From NCBI GenBank assembly GCA_041649135.1, contig JBAZNQ010000001.1, positions 361,983 through 425,982 on the forward strand: a stretch of 64,000 nucleotides of DNA, read 5' to 3'. Position 1 is the stretch's first letter, and each line of letters opens with the position of its first letter. The translations under genes and the position numbers were made by a program. This document shows positions 10,171 through 18,974 of the stretch, in pieces. The DNA is from Patescibacteria group bacterium. Its GTDB lineage: Bacteria; Patescibacteriota; Kazan-3B-28. The notes beneath the pieces were generated by a model, which made no database searches, was not told the DNA's origin, and saw only the letters and a list, made by a program, of their open reading frames with translations.

Positions 10171-10200
10171 TAAGCCCCGACCAAATGGTCGGGGCTTTTC
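10171..10200 (+). terminator. Intrinsic terminator after thyX (gccccgaccaaatggtcggggc + TTTT)
   Basis: Hairpin plus T-run. Confidence 0.7.
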
Positions 10201-10250
10201 TCGTAGAACGTTCGACGTCTGAAGAACGTTTGACGTTCCCAATGAGCAAC

Positions 10251-10862
10251 CTACTCCGCCTTCGGTAGAATCTCTTCCACCGCTTTGCGAATTCGTTGAT
10301 GCACCTCCTCTGGCGAACCAGTTGCGTCAATCTCGACCGCTTCTGGAAATTCATCAACCAGTTTGGTGTACTCCAGTTGCAGCCGATCCTGGAATGACAA
10401 GTTCTTGTCGTGCTCGTCGAGTGCGTCTCGTCCGGCTTCCATTCTGGTCCGTGCCGATTCGGTATCGAGATTCAGCCACAGCATTAAGTCCGGCACTGGA
10501 AACTTGCTGTTGGCTTGACGCAGTTGCTCGACATCCGCACCACCCGCCGCACCATAGGCATACGTTGAGTAGTAATATCTGTCACAGACCACTACTACTC
10601 CGGGTTGTCCCAAATGCTCTACCAGCTCGGGCAGATGTTCAGCCCGATCCTGGGTATAGAGCATCTGGAAATCGGTCGCCGGCAACATCGGTTCTTGCTT
10701 GTCTAACATCCGCCGAATCCGCCGACCATATTCGCTATCGGTTGGTTCACGCGTCTGCCAAACATCAAAACCGTGGCTCTTCAGCTGCTCCACTAACAGA
10801 GATACTTGCGTACCTTTGCCCACTCCATCGGGACCTTCTATGACAATAAACACTGATAACAC
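10251..10862 (-). CDS. tmk: Thymidylate kinase
   Basis: P-loop IVIEGPDGVGKGTQ; DRYYYSTYAYG (Tmk DRY-type motif). Confidence 0.8.
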   Translation of the reverse strand: MLSVFIVIEGPDGVGKGTQVSLLVEQLKSHGFDVWQTREPTDSEYGRRIRRMLDKQEPMLPATDFQMLYTQDRAEHLPELVEHLGQPGVVVVCDRYYYSTYAYGAAGGADVEQLRQANSKFPVPDLMLWLNLDTESARTRMEAGRDALDEHDKNLSFQDRLQLEYTKLVDEFPEAVEIDATGSPEEVHQRIRKAVEEILPKAE

Positions 10863-10889
10863 CTCCCATTTTTATTCCACCTTCAAGGT

Positions 10890-10962
10890 TCTAGCCTGTC
10901 GACCCGAACCCCCCACGCGTCTTAGCTTTCACATTACCGACTTCTCTAAAGTCAGCCCCCTA
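10890..10962 (-). repeat. In-frame duplicate of the dut 3' end (encodes GADFREVGNVKAKTRGGFGSTG*) directly behind the dcd-like TAG stop
   Basis: Near-identical nucleotide copy of 12168-12240. Codon-by-codon reading shows it is in the dcd frame after the TAG. Confidence 0.8.
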
Positions 10963-12117
10963 GTCTGACCATGAAGCAAAAAACTTCGCCAGTTTAATCG
11001 TCGACTGGTTGCCGTAATTACTACCCTTCCCCGCTACTCCGTACACCATTTTTGGTTCAGCATTTAAATGTTCAAACTTAAATCTTGCAATTAGTTGACC
11101 ATGTGACAACCGTACTGGTACAGCTGCTTTGTTGCGCACCTCACATACTGCCGTGTTGCCACCCACTTCACCGTGCACACCATACCCAAAACCGCGATCA
11201 AAAAACCCAGCATAGTGACTTCTAAGTTCTCCATGAACGTCTGCGAAAGAAACCATCTCTGCACACACTCCGACTGGTATTCGCACTTTCTCGATCGTTG
11301 TCAACAACGCAAACTCATCTGGTTCTAACCACAACCCCCCATGGTCATCAAGCTGTTTCACCCTGAAATAAGTTCTCGGTTCAATAGTACCCTTATCGGT
11401 TAGTGATATTGGCTTACGAGTTCCAGTAACAACCAAATTACTCGGATCACTTTTTAAATCAACCCTTACCATTAAGTGATCATCATCGATCACTGGTTCA
11501 AGTCCAGGATTTTCGATCAAGCCATATTGACCATGCAACTCGCGCAATGTTTGATTATCAAAAAATTTGCGCTCGCCCCGAAATATCCGCAGTTGCGTCA
11601 ATGATACTCCGCTCTGCAATTTGACATAAAAACTTTGCGGCACCAAAATTGCGAACAATTTGCCTTTATATCCGCGTGGCACAACATTAAACTGTGTCCC
11701 ACCTTCTACTAACACAATACAGTGCAAGTCAATTCTTCCTGCCGACGATTTGGGGTTAATATACCCCCATTCATCCGGCTGAAAATCCAGCCTCACCCCC
11801 AATTCAACCAAATAAGTTCCACTTGTAAGCGTCCGATTACGTGCGCACTCTTCTTCCGAATATGAATTATAGCCGTACTCTTCTATAAACGCCTGCGAAT
11901 TAAACCCGTCTTTCAAATCTGGTATCCCTGCCACCTCCCACATCCTGTTCCCCGTCCGTAAATCCAAAGAACACGGTTGGATATCGCTCGACTCAACCAT
12001 GCCCGTAATCCGACCTTGCTCCAGTAGTTCACGCAACTGCCAATCTACCAACACCGCTCCTTGCTGCGTTACGAGTGGTTCTTGTAAACCAATACCAACC
12101 AGTTGGGTTGATTCCAT
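10960..12117 (-). CDS. dCTP deaminase-like protein with tandem dUTPase/Dcd fold (long Dcd family)
   Basis: CSLDLRTG-type motif in the first half and a dUTPase-like motif in the second half; ~385 aa. Confidence 0.5.
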   Translation of the reverse strand: MESTQLVGIGLQEPLVTQQGAVLVDWQLRELLEQGRITGMVESSDIQPCSLDLRTGNRMWEVAGIPDLKDGFNSQAFIEEYGYNSYSEEECARNRTLTSGTYLVELGVRLDFQPDEWGYINPKSSAGRIDLHCIVLVEGGTQFNVVPRGYKGKLFAILVPQSFYVKLQSGVSLTQLRIFRGERKFFDNQTLRELHGQYGLIENPGLEPVIDDDHLMVRVDLKSDPSNLVVTGTRKPISLTDKGTIEPRTYFRVKQLDDHGGLWLEPDEFALLTTIEKVRIPVGVCAEMVSFADVHGELRSHYAGFFDRGFGYGVHGEVGGNTAVCEVRNKAAVPVRLSHGQLIARFKFEHLNAEPKMVYGVAGKGSNYGNQSTIKLAKFFASWSD

Positions 12118-12167
12118 AAAGCCCTCCCTCCCCCATTTAAAACCTGCTTTATTCTACCACACCGCAC

Positions 12168-12608
12168 TTATCCAGTACTGCCGAACCCCCCACGCGTCTT
12201 AGCTCTTACATTACCGACTTCTCTAAAGTCCGCTCTCCCTATCCTAACAAATGTTCCTTGAGCAAATCTTTCGCCCTTTTCAATGGTCAAAATCTGATCA
12301 CCCGTATTTAATACCTGCACCAGCACCTCGTCTTCGGCTCCGCAATAATCACTATCAATAATTCCCACCCCATGCGGCATCACTAATCCCATTTTTTTCT
12401 TCGGTGTCCCAGACCTCAAAGTCACCATTAAATAAAATCCTTTAGGTGTCTCCACAATTAAATTGGAGGGGACTCGCACCAGCTCTTTCGGCTGGATTTT
12501 GATATCCTCCCGAGCATAAATATCAAACGCTGCCGCACCACTTGTCTGGTACTCCGGCATCGGCAAACTCGAATCTACTCGTTTGATATTCACTCTCATA
12601 CCGGTCAT
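12168..12608 (-). CDS. dut: dUTP diphosphatase
   Basis: dUTPase motifs AGFD, RSG, GIIDSDYCGAED, RGGFGSTG. The start is probably MTGMRV at 12608, which has an RBS gggaggg. The ORF track extends a further 46 aa upstream; that extension is not supported. Confidence 0.8.
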   Translation of the reverse strand: MTGMRVNIKRVDSSLPMPEYQTSGAAAFDIYAREDIKIQPKELVRVPSNLIVETPKGFYLMVTLRSGTPKKKMGLVMPHGVGIIDSDYCGAEDEVLVQVLNTGDQILTIEKGERFAQGTFVRIGRADFREVGNVRAKTRGGFGSTG

Positions 12609-12654
12609 TATATCACCCTCCCTAGTCCCGATTGGCCATTGGAGCGAGGTCGTA

Positions 12655-12870
12655 TTGAATTGAGATAAATTGCCGTCGCGGGGGCATGTCTGACGAGAAC
12701 TTTGTTCGAGGAGTTTGCCCTTTAAGCGGTAAGACAATTTATCCAATGAACAGACCGAGCGAACACGGCCACGGCTTTGGTTACTTTCGCCAAGACGAAA
12801 GTAACGCCGGATCGAACGCCGGCGCAGCGTTCGCTAAACCAAACAGCCGGCTTTCGCCGGCTGCCTAAGA
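12655..12870. repeat. Repeat family B copy 1 (~220 nt, internal hairpins, terminator-like 3' stem-loop)
   Basis: The ~70-nt core (ggccacggctttggttactttcgccaagacgaaagtaacgccggatcgaacgccggcgcagcgttcg) is identical to 54050-54120. The flanks are ~70% identical. The terminal hairpins differ in sequence but both form. Confidence 0.8.
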
Positions 12871-12946
12871 ACAGAAACAAAAAATAATTTAAACCGACTG
12901 TAAATCAACCCTCACCCTTCCGTCATTGGGCATTGGATATTGGACA

Positions 12947-13765
12947 TTAAATTGACGATAAGTCAATTTTGATCCCCGGGCCCATCGTCGTCGCCATACT
13001 CATCCGTTTGATGTAAGCACCCTTCGATGTCGCTGGCTTAGCCGCTTGGATCGCACTAACGATCGCTTTGAAGTTTGTCATCAAGTCCTCCGACTTAAAT
13101 GAAACTTTGCCGAATCCAAGATGAATGATCGCATCTTTATCGAGCCGGAATTCTACTTTTCCTTTTTTGAATTCTTCAACCGCTTTGGCTGGATCAGCCG
13201 TTACAGTTCCCGACTTGGGATTTGGCATCAAGCCTTTTGTCCCTAGTGTCTGACCAAGTTTACCAACTTGTGCCATTACCGACGGAGTAGCAATTACTAA
13301 GTCAAAATCCAACCAACCGTCTTGAATTTTTTTGATCATTTCTTCCAATCCAACATGATCAGCTCCCGCCGCTTTGGCTTTTTTGGCTTCCGCTTCCTCG
13401 GCCAAAACTAAAATCTTGCGGGTTTTGCCGGTACCAGCTGGCATTGAAACTGTTCCGCGAATATTTTGCTCCGGCTTTTTTGGGTCCAACCCCATTTGGA
13501 TATGTAATTCCACCGTCGCATCAAATTTACTTGGGGACGTTTCCTGTGCCAGTTGGATCGCTTCAGTCGCCGAATACATTTTGTTCTTATCTACCTTCGG
13601 CAAAACAGCCAGATATTTTTTACCTCGCCCAAACTTCCGCACTTTTGACTTTGGTTGCTTGGCAACCACTCCGACCTTAGCGTCGGAGCTACTCTGCTTT
13701 TTCACCGCCTTCTTAGCGGTCACCTTCTTTTTCTGCTGTTCAGCAGAACCCTTTGGGTCTTCCAT
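12947..13765 (-). CDS. rplA: Ribosomal protein L1 with Lys-rich N-terminal extension
   Basis: L1 core (GTVSMPAGTGK...GLMPNPKSGTVT...). Start MEDPKG at 13765 has an RBS aggag. There is a ~45-aa K-rich extension. Confidence 0.85.
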   Translation of the reverse strand: MEDPKGSAEQQKKKVTAKKAVKKQSSSDAKVGVVAKQPKSKVRKFGRGKKYLAVLPKVDKNKMYSATEAIQLAQETSPSKFDATVELHIQMGLDPKKPEQNIRGTVSMPAGTGKTRKILVLAEEAEAKKAKAAGADHVGLEEMIKKIQDGWLDFDLVIATPSVMAQVGKLGQTLGTKGLMPNPKSGTVTADPAKAVEEFKKGKVEFRLDKDAIIHLGFGKVSFKSEDLMTNFKAIVSAIQAAKPATSKGAYIKRMSMATTMGPGIKIDLSSI

Positions 13766-13920
13766 AATTTTTACTCCTGCGTGGTTCAAACGCATTGCCG
13801 ACTAGCAACACTCCCACCTCAAAGTTATATATTGTGTCTAATTTTTACTGAAAGGAAAGAGAGCAGTAAGCTTGCCCCGACTTGTCGGGGTGGGCTTTGC
13901 CCATGAGCGTCGAGAGGAAA

Positions 13921-14358
13921 CTACTCGTGTCCTCTCGAGAGAGAATCTCTCTTGATCCAATTCCAATGGAACCACCAGAGCAACCAACCAATTACAACTG
14001 CTGGAATACTCTCGGTCGCTCTCCGACGAAATTCATTATCCTGTTGAATTGTAAACTGTTCTTTTTGCTGTTCTAGCGTCAAAGCCGTTACGGATTTATC
14101 AGACCCTTCTATGTCAGATGACATCCGATTGTAATCATATTGCACAAACTGCTGTGGCCAGACATACCGATTCATCGTTGCACCAATTCCGTTCACAACT
14201 CCGAAGATAAAAAAGAACAGACCCACTAACGCGAATAAATATAAATAAATTGTCCGAATCAAACCGTGTGCGTTTGCCATCCTATTACCCCCTGTGCTTA
14301 TGGCTGATATAGCAAAAATAACTATTAGTAGGAGAAAACCTCCCGCGGCTAGTATCAT
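13921..14358 (-). CDS. Hypothetical integral membrane protein (sits between rplK and rplA)
   Basis: Multiple hydrophobic segments; no motif. Confidence 0.4.
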   Translation of the reverse strand: MILAAGGFLLLIVIFAISAISTGGNRMANAHGLIRTIYLYLFALVGLFFFIFGVVNGIGATMNRYVWPQQFVQYDYNRMSSDIEGSDKSVTALTLEQQKEQFTIQQDNEFRRRATESIPAVVIGWLLWWFHWNWIKRDSLSRGHE

Positions 14359-14499
14359 ATTTTCAACCCCAGATCCTCGTCATTCTGGCAACTCTGCCGA
14401 AGAGCAGAGGCAACCAAAATCTTAAAAATTAATTGGCGAATTGACGAATTAAATTTCAACCCTCGTCCTTTCCTCTCCTCCATCCTTTGGTTAGATTGG

Positions 14500-14530
14500 T
14501 GCAGATTGGAAAAATTGGAATATTAAATCG
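14500..14530 (-). terminator. Palindromic hairpin atcgcagactagtctgcgat + TTTT after rplK
   Basis: Perfect palindrome flanked by A and T runs; bidirectional. Confidence 0.6.
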
Positions 14531-14534
14531 CAGA

Positions 14535-14960
14535 CTAGTCTGCGATTTTTACTCCCATATTCCGAGCCGTCCCAGCAATAATTTTCATCGCCGCTTCTAC
14601 GTCTAATGCGTTCATGTCTGGCATCTTCTTTTCAGCGATTTCCCGTAACTGGGCACGAGTAAGCGTCCCAACAGTCTCTTTGTTCGAAACTTTAGCACCC
14701 TTGTCGATCCCCAACGCCTTCTTGATAAATTCCGACGCTGGCGGTTGCTTCAAGATAAACTCAAACGACCGATCTTCGTAGATCGTAATCAGGGCTGGGA
14801 TCACATTCCCCATCAGGGATTTAGTCGCTTCATTATACTGATTACAAAAATCCATGATCGCAATGCCATGTGGCCCTAAAGCTGTACCCACCGGAGGGGC
14901 GGGGTTCGCTTTACCAGCTTCAAGCTGAAGCTTCACAACTGCTTTTACCTTCTTTGCCAT
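14535..14960 (-). CDS. rplK: Ribosomal protein L11
   Basis: L11 N-terminus [32 protein letters not shown]. Confidence 0.9.
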   Translation of the reverse strand: MAKKVKAVVKLQLEAGKANPAPPVGTALGPHGIAIMDFCNQYNEATKSLMGNVIPALITIYEDRSFEFILKQPPASEFIKKALGIDKGAKVSNKETVGTLTRAQLREIAEKKMPDMNALDVEAAMKIIAGTARNMGVKIAD

Positions 14961-15134
14961 ACCTCGAGATTATTCCTTATCTGGAGCAATCTGTCAATCA
15001 AACCATTTGCCTACAACCTCAACCAAGACCATGAGCCAGAAAAATTCCTGTTTCTTATAATCAAGAACCATTGTGGCCAGTGAAGTAGAGCGAAGCTCAC
15101 TTCACGGCCATGAAGCGTGCTTTGCACTGCTTCA

Positions 15135-15210
15135 TGGAGCCGACTGTCGGATTCGGACCGACGACCTTTCGCTTACAAAGCGATTGCTCTACCAGCTGAG
15201 CTAAGTCGGC
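15135..15210 (-). tRNA. tRNA-Thr (anticodon TGT)
   Basis: Hand-folded cloverleaf; T-loop GGTCCGAATCC; anticodon loop TTTGTAA; CCA end. Confidence 0.7.
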
Positions 15211-15213
15211 CTC

Positions 15214-15299
15214 TGGTGCCGGGACTAGGATTCGAACCTAGGAAGGCGTGAGCCAACTGATTTACAGTCAGTCCCGTTTGACCGCTTCGGTATCCCGGC
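15214..15299 (-). tRNA. tRNA-Tyr (anticodon GTA), class II
   Basis: Long variable arm; anticodon loop CTGTAAA; T-loop GGTTCGAATCC; CCA end. Confidence 0.7.
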
Positions 15300-15531
15300 A
15301 TGCTATATAATTTTTCAATTGCTTCTTTAAATATTGTCTACCGGAGCCACCTTTCAAAAATTTCTCTCGCCCAACTGCATCCATTTTATGTTGGTAACCC
15401 TCAAAATAAATTAATCTCCATCCCCAATGATTATTCAGCTGATGTTCCTGTAGTCTTCTCCTTAGATCAGAAGTGTATCCAATATACCAAGAGTAACTGT
15501 ACTGATTTTCCAACACATAGACAACAAACAT
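15268..15531 (-). CDS. GIY-YIG nuclease-domain small protein
   Basis: YVLENQ...YIGYTSDLRRRLQEH (GIY-YIG motif). Its 3' end overlaps the 5' end of tRNA-Tyr by ~30 nt. Confidence 0.6.
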   Translation of the reverse strand: MFVVYVLENQYSYSWYIGYTSDLRRRLQEHQLNNHWGWRLIYFEGYQHKMDAVGREKFLKGGSGRQYLKKQLKNYIACRDTEAVKRD

Positions 15532-15642
15532 GATTTTTACATGGCCGCGCAAAGGGCATTCGCCCCGCCCGGCTCACACAAAACACCTATATTTCAATAT
15601 TTCTCGTGGCTGCGCCACGCGATGAGCGCAGCGAATTTTGCG

Positions 15643-15718
15643 TGGAGCCGTTGACCGGGATTGAACCGGTGACCCCCTCCTTACCATGGAGGTGCTCTAC
15701 CAGCTGAGCTACAACGGC
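15643..15718 (-). tRNA. tRNA-Thr (anticodon GGT)
   Basis: Hand-folded cloverleaf; anticodon loop ATGGTAA; T-loop GGTTCAATCC; CCA end. Confidence 0.7.
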
Positions 15719-15788
15719 AAACTCGTGTCTAGTGTCTAGAGATCAGCATCTAAAATTCCCATAGATACTAAATACTAGCCACTAGATA

Positions 15789-16367
15789 CTACTTAAGTTT
15801 CTCTTCCGCTTGTTTTAAAAGTTCTTGTGTCTGCTCATTCCTCGGATCCAAGATGATGGCCTTCTCATAAGCATCTGCCGCTTTCCGATATTTCTTAGTC
15901 ATAAAATAGGCCAACCCAAGATTTACTAACCGTGACGGAATTTTATCATTAATAGCGATCGACTTCTCATACGCATCGATTGCTCCATCGTAACTTTCCA
16001 TCTCGTAATACAGCAACCCAAGATTGTTGTAAAAAGTATCATTTTCCGGCTCCAGCTTCAACGCCTGCTTCAACGCCGACCTCGCATCCTTAAAGTTCTT
16101 TGATTGTAGATAGATCAGTCCCAACTTGTTGTACAATCCAGCATCATCCGGCTCCTTCCCCAAGATTTTCAAATACAGATTTTCAGCCTTCTTCAGCTCA
16201 CCTTTTTCAAAATGCTCATCCGCCAGCTCCCGTGGGGTTTTTTCTTTATCCTTCTCATCTACCACTCCATCAGCGTTTTTGTCAGCTGGAGTCAGATCCA
16301 CCGGCAACTTGCGAAGAACCATGATCAGAGCCAAGACAGTCGCCAAAAACACAATAACTTCCCACAT
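15789..16367 (-). CDS. TPR-repeat protein with N-terminal TM helix
   Basis: Several TPR-like 34-aa repeats (YNKLGLIYLQ..., YNNLGLLYYE..., LVNLGLAYFM...). Confidence 0.7.
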   Translation of the reverse strand: MWEVIVFLATVLALIMVLRKLPVDLTPADKNADGVVDEKDKEKTPRELADEHFEKGELKKAENLYLKILGKEPDDAGLYNKLGLIYLQSKNFKDARSALKQALKLEPENDTFYNNLGLLYYEMESYDGAIDAYEKSIAINDKIPSRLVNLGLAYFMTKKYRKAADAYEKAIILDPRNEQTQELLKQAEEKLK

Positions 16368-16473
16368 AAAATCAGGCCCTCCTTTAACCAGCCTAGTATA
16401 CAGGAATCAGCTTACAGAACAAGTAATAGCCGCCTTGTGTACGCAAGGCGGCTCGGCAATGAAATCGATGGAT

Positions 16474-17037
16474 TTAGTAGAGGCATGACTGCAGACCGTC
16501 GTTGCTCGGCAGATTCCAGTAATTCTGCCATGCCACATTCATTTCTGAATGTGAGTACGGCTTCATGCACCGGAATAAACGAACGATCAGTTTTTCACTT
16601 GATGCGCTGGACTCCGACAACAAACTTGGCTCCACACAATCCCAGTGCAACATAAACAGCATTTTTGCCTCGGCACCCTGCAATAGACCGCGCGCCGGCA
16701 AGTCTTGCGCCAAACGGTCAGCTTGCGGATTGGTGTAGAACCAGTACGCCACACCCTCAAGAAGTCCGATAGTTGTCTGCACCACGATCAGATGCATCTT
16801 GTTGATGTCAGCCAGCACCCGCTGGAATTCTACTTTAGTCAGCTTGCGCTTTTCGGTGTAACGAACACCGATGCCGTACACCTCGCTGTGCACCTTGCCC
16901 ATCTCGACAGTATCGCTGTACAGCCTCTTCAACCATTCGATTTCCTGCTCGTACTGCTTGGGCGTACACCCAAGTTCCTTCAGTTCTGTTGGCGGAGACT
17001 CATCCGTCTCTCTATCGTTCAACATGGTATCGCCCAT
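16474..17037 (-). CDS. Hypothetical protein
   Basis: ORF only. It shares a ~70-nt upstream repeat with the gene at 20269-20811. Confidence 0.35.
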   Translation of the reverse strand: MGDTMLNDRETDESPPTELKELGCTPKQYEQEIEWLKRLYSDTVEMGKVHSEVYGIGVRYTEKRKLTKVEFQRVLADINKMHLIVVQTTIGLLEGVAYWFYTNPQADRLAQDLPARGLLQGAEAKMLFMLHWDCVEPSLLSESSASSEKLIVRLFRCMKPYSHSEMNVAWQNYWNLPSNDGLQSCLY

Positions 17038-17230
17038 ACCTGCCTCGCAATAACAAGGGACACATCCAACGCCCCCTGTGGATTTACCGCCCCCACCATA
17101 CCGACAACCCCTCTCCCAGTCAACTAAGACCCCGTTGGGGTAAATCTAGCCAATTTATCCAATTTATTCCAATCTAACCAAAAAGATATTGGCGAAGATT
17201 GTTTAGATTGTCGAGATTGGTGATATTTAT

Positions 17231-18136
17231 CTACAGCGCCAGCAACAATGTATCGATCGCTCCTTTCAAATTCACATTATCCCGAATCTGCTTTACTGCT
17301 ATCTGCATCCGTTCTAGTCCTTTGACCGCTTTTTCATTCGGCAACATTTCCCTCCAAACCATCATCCCAGCCCGAATAAACTCCACCGCTTCATCGCGAT
17401 CTTTCAATTTTTCCGACCAACCAAATTTTGTTTCAACATCAGCCGTCTGCACTTTTTGCCAGAATGTCATCATTTCCTTATAGTCCACCCACCAAATCGA
17501 CATTTCTTCCCAATCTTTTACTTGCCCAGCACTCCCACCCGAAGCCGCAATTTGTTCGTCAGTAGCCTGTGGCACAATTTTTTTAATTTCTGCATCTGTC
17601 AGCGGACCGAATCTCACTACTTGTGCTCGTGACACGATCGTTGGCAACAACGCCTCTTCATTCGGCACGATCAAAATGATCACCGTGTCATCTCTCGGCT
17701 CTTCCAAAGTTTTCAACAACGCATTTTGAGCCGCATCATTTAAATTTTGGGCATCATCAATAATTGCCACTTTATATTTCGATACCATTGGCGACATCAT
17801 CAACCGTCGTGTCAGTTCCCGCATTGCCCCAATCCATTCCCTGGTCTTTTCTTTACTGACCTCATCTAAAATCTGCGAATACCAAAACGTATCCGGATGA
17901 TTTTGTGTTGCTGGTGGCTGGTGGCTAGTGGCTAGTGGCTGACTATGCAAATATTGTGCCAACGCTTTCGCCGCCGTCCTTCTTCCCACACCCTTCGGCC
18001 CAGCAAATATCAACGCTTGCGGCAAATTTCCCGACTCCAAAGTCGCCAACAACCATTTCTTGGCTGTTGCCTGTCCCTCCAAATCAGAAAACACCTCCTT
18101 CACTTCCATAATCCGATTATACCAGCCCATACCCAC
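17231..18136 (-). CDS. holB: DNA polymerase III delta-prime subunit
   Basis: AAA+-like GPKGVGRRTAA; LLKTLEEP; IVSRAQVVRF sensor motif. Contains an intragenic (GGCTAGT)-type heptamer repeat at ~17905-17940. The true start may be the ATG at 18109. Confidence 0.6.
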   Translation of the reverse strand: MGMGWYNRIMEVKEVFSDLEGQATAKKWLLATLESGNLPQALIFAGPKGVGRRTAAKALAQYLHSQPLATSHQPPATQNHPDTFWYSQILDEVSKEKTREWIGAMRELTRRLMMSPMVSKYKVAIIDDAQNLNDAAQNALLKTLEEPRDDTVIILIVPNEEALLPTIVSRAQVVRFGPLTDAEIKKIVPQATDEQIAASGGSAGQVKDWEEMSIWWVDYKEMMTFWQKVQTADVETKFGWSEKLKDRDEAVEFIRAGMMVWREMLPNEKAVKGLERMQIAVKQIRDNVNLKGAIDTLLLAL

Positions 18137-18149
18137 TTACCCCCTTCCC

Positions 18150-18420
18150 CCTCGAATCAAACTCGTTATCGCAAAGCAAAATCCGGCTAGTTTAGCGCGA
18201 GCCCTGAACCCCGACTACCCGAGAATATCAACCAGTCGGGGTGAATCGGCTCAAACATAAGCCAGACAGCCAAGATTTTGCTATTGCGATAGAGTTTGGT
18301 AAGCGGAGGTGAGTTTTTCTGTCAGTTTTTGCTCATTCAAAAACTGACCGCCCAGCGCGCGGGGGCGTAGACCGCGCATAAAAGAAGACCGCCCTTTCGG
18401 GCGGTTCTTGAAAACAAAGT
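18150..18420. ncRNA. Repeat family A copy 1: candidate structured RNA/element (~250 nt), with a minus-strand terminator hairpin at 18385-18415
   Basis: Three copies (with 18975-19250 and 43560-43785) showing compensatory substitutions in at least four helices. Confidence 0.5.
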
Positions 18421-18423
18421 TGC

Positions 18424-18903
18424 CTAAACCGCTTTCGGCTTCTTGTACTTGTAATCCCCAAACGCCAACAAAGGCATGAAGATAAATGACAAAAACACCA
18501 ACCCAACAGTAAACGCCACGTCTTGCCCAAACACTCTCGCCAATTCTCTGCACATCCAAATAGCAATGACGATATTCACAAACGGCACGAACAGCAAAAG
18601 CAACCACCACCACGGCTTACCGATCATCTCCAACGCAACATAAATATTGTAAAAGGGAATAATTGCCGCCCAGCCGGGTTTATTGGCTTTGGTAAAAATT
18701 ACCCAAGTCGACACCAACATCAACGCACCAATCGCCCAATTCCACCACATGTGTGTCGCCGCTTCAAATCCACCCAACCAACCGCTCATCCAACCACCGC
18801 CCCAACCCAATGCCGTTACTGCACCAGCAGTCGTATCCAAATCATCCAACTTCACATCTTTTAGTTGATTTAACAAATCACCGATCGTCTCCGCATTTTC
18901 CAT
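18424..18903 (-). CDS. Hypothetical 4-TM membrane protein, flanked on both sides by family A repeat copies
   Basis: Hydrophobic segments; Trp-rich. Confidence 0.5.
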   Translation of the reverse strand: MENAETIGDLLNQLKDVKLDDLDTTAGAVTALGWGGGWMSGWLGGFEAATHMWWNWAIGALMLVSTWVIFTKANKPGWAAIIPFYNIYVALEMIGKPWWWLLLLFVPFVNIVIAIWMCRELARVFGQDVAFTVGLVFLSFIFMPLLAFGDYKYKKPKAV

Positions 18904-18974
18904 AAAAATTCTGTTTTAAAAATGATATCTTTCGTATTGTAATCCAGCGCCCCTCCTTCAAGCAAACCCCAGAT

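Noticed and set aside
10322-10843. 173-aa ORF antisense to tmk and other long antisense ORFs (852-1328, 3995-4381, 7945-8436, 13374-13805)
   Set aside because: They overlap well-supported genes on the opposite strand and have low-complexity translations.
12609-12746. 46-aa N-terminal extension of dut offered by the ORF track
   Set aside because: The dUTPase alignment begins at MTGMRV, which has its own RBS. The extension overlaps the repeat-B region.
18281-18400. A conserved 32-aa ORF inside repeat family A (MRGLRPRALGGQFLNEQKLTEKLTSAYQTLSQ and variants), present in all three copies
   Set aside because: Its ATG sits inside the T-run of the upstream terminator, with no RBS. Substitutions between copies are mostly non-conservative at the protein level (L>R, E>G, Y>H). 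They are, however, compensatory at the RNA level. RNA structure explains the conservation better.
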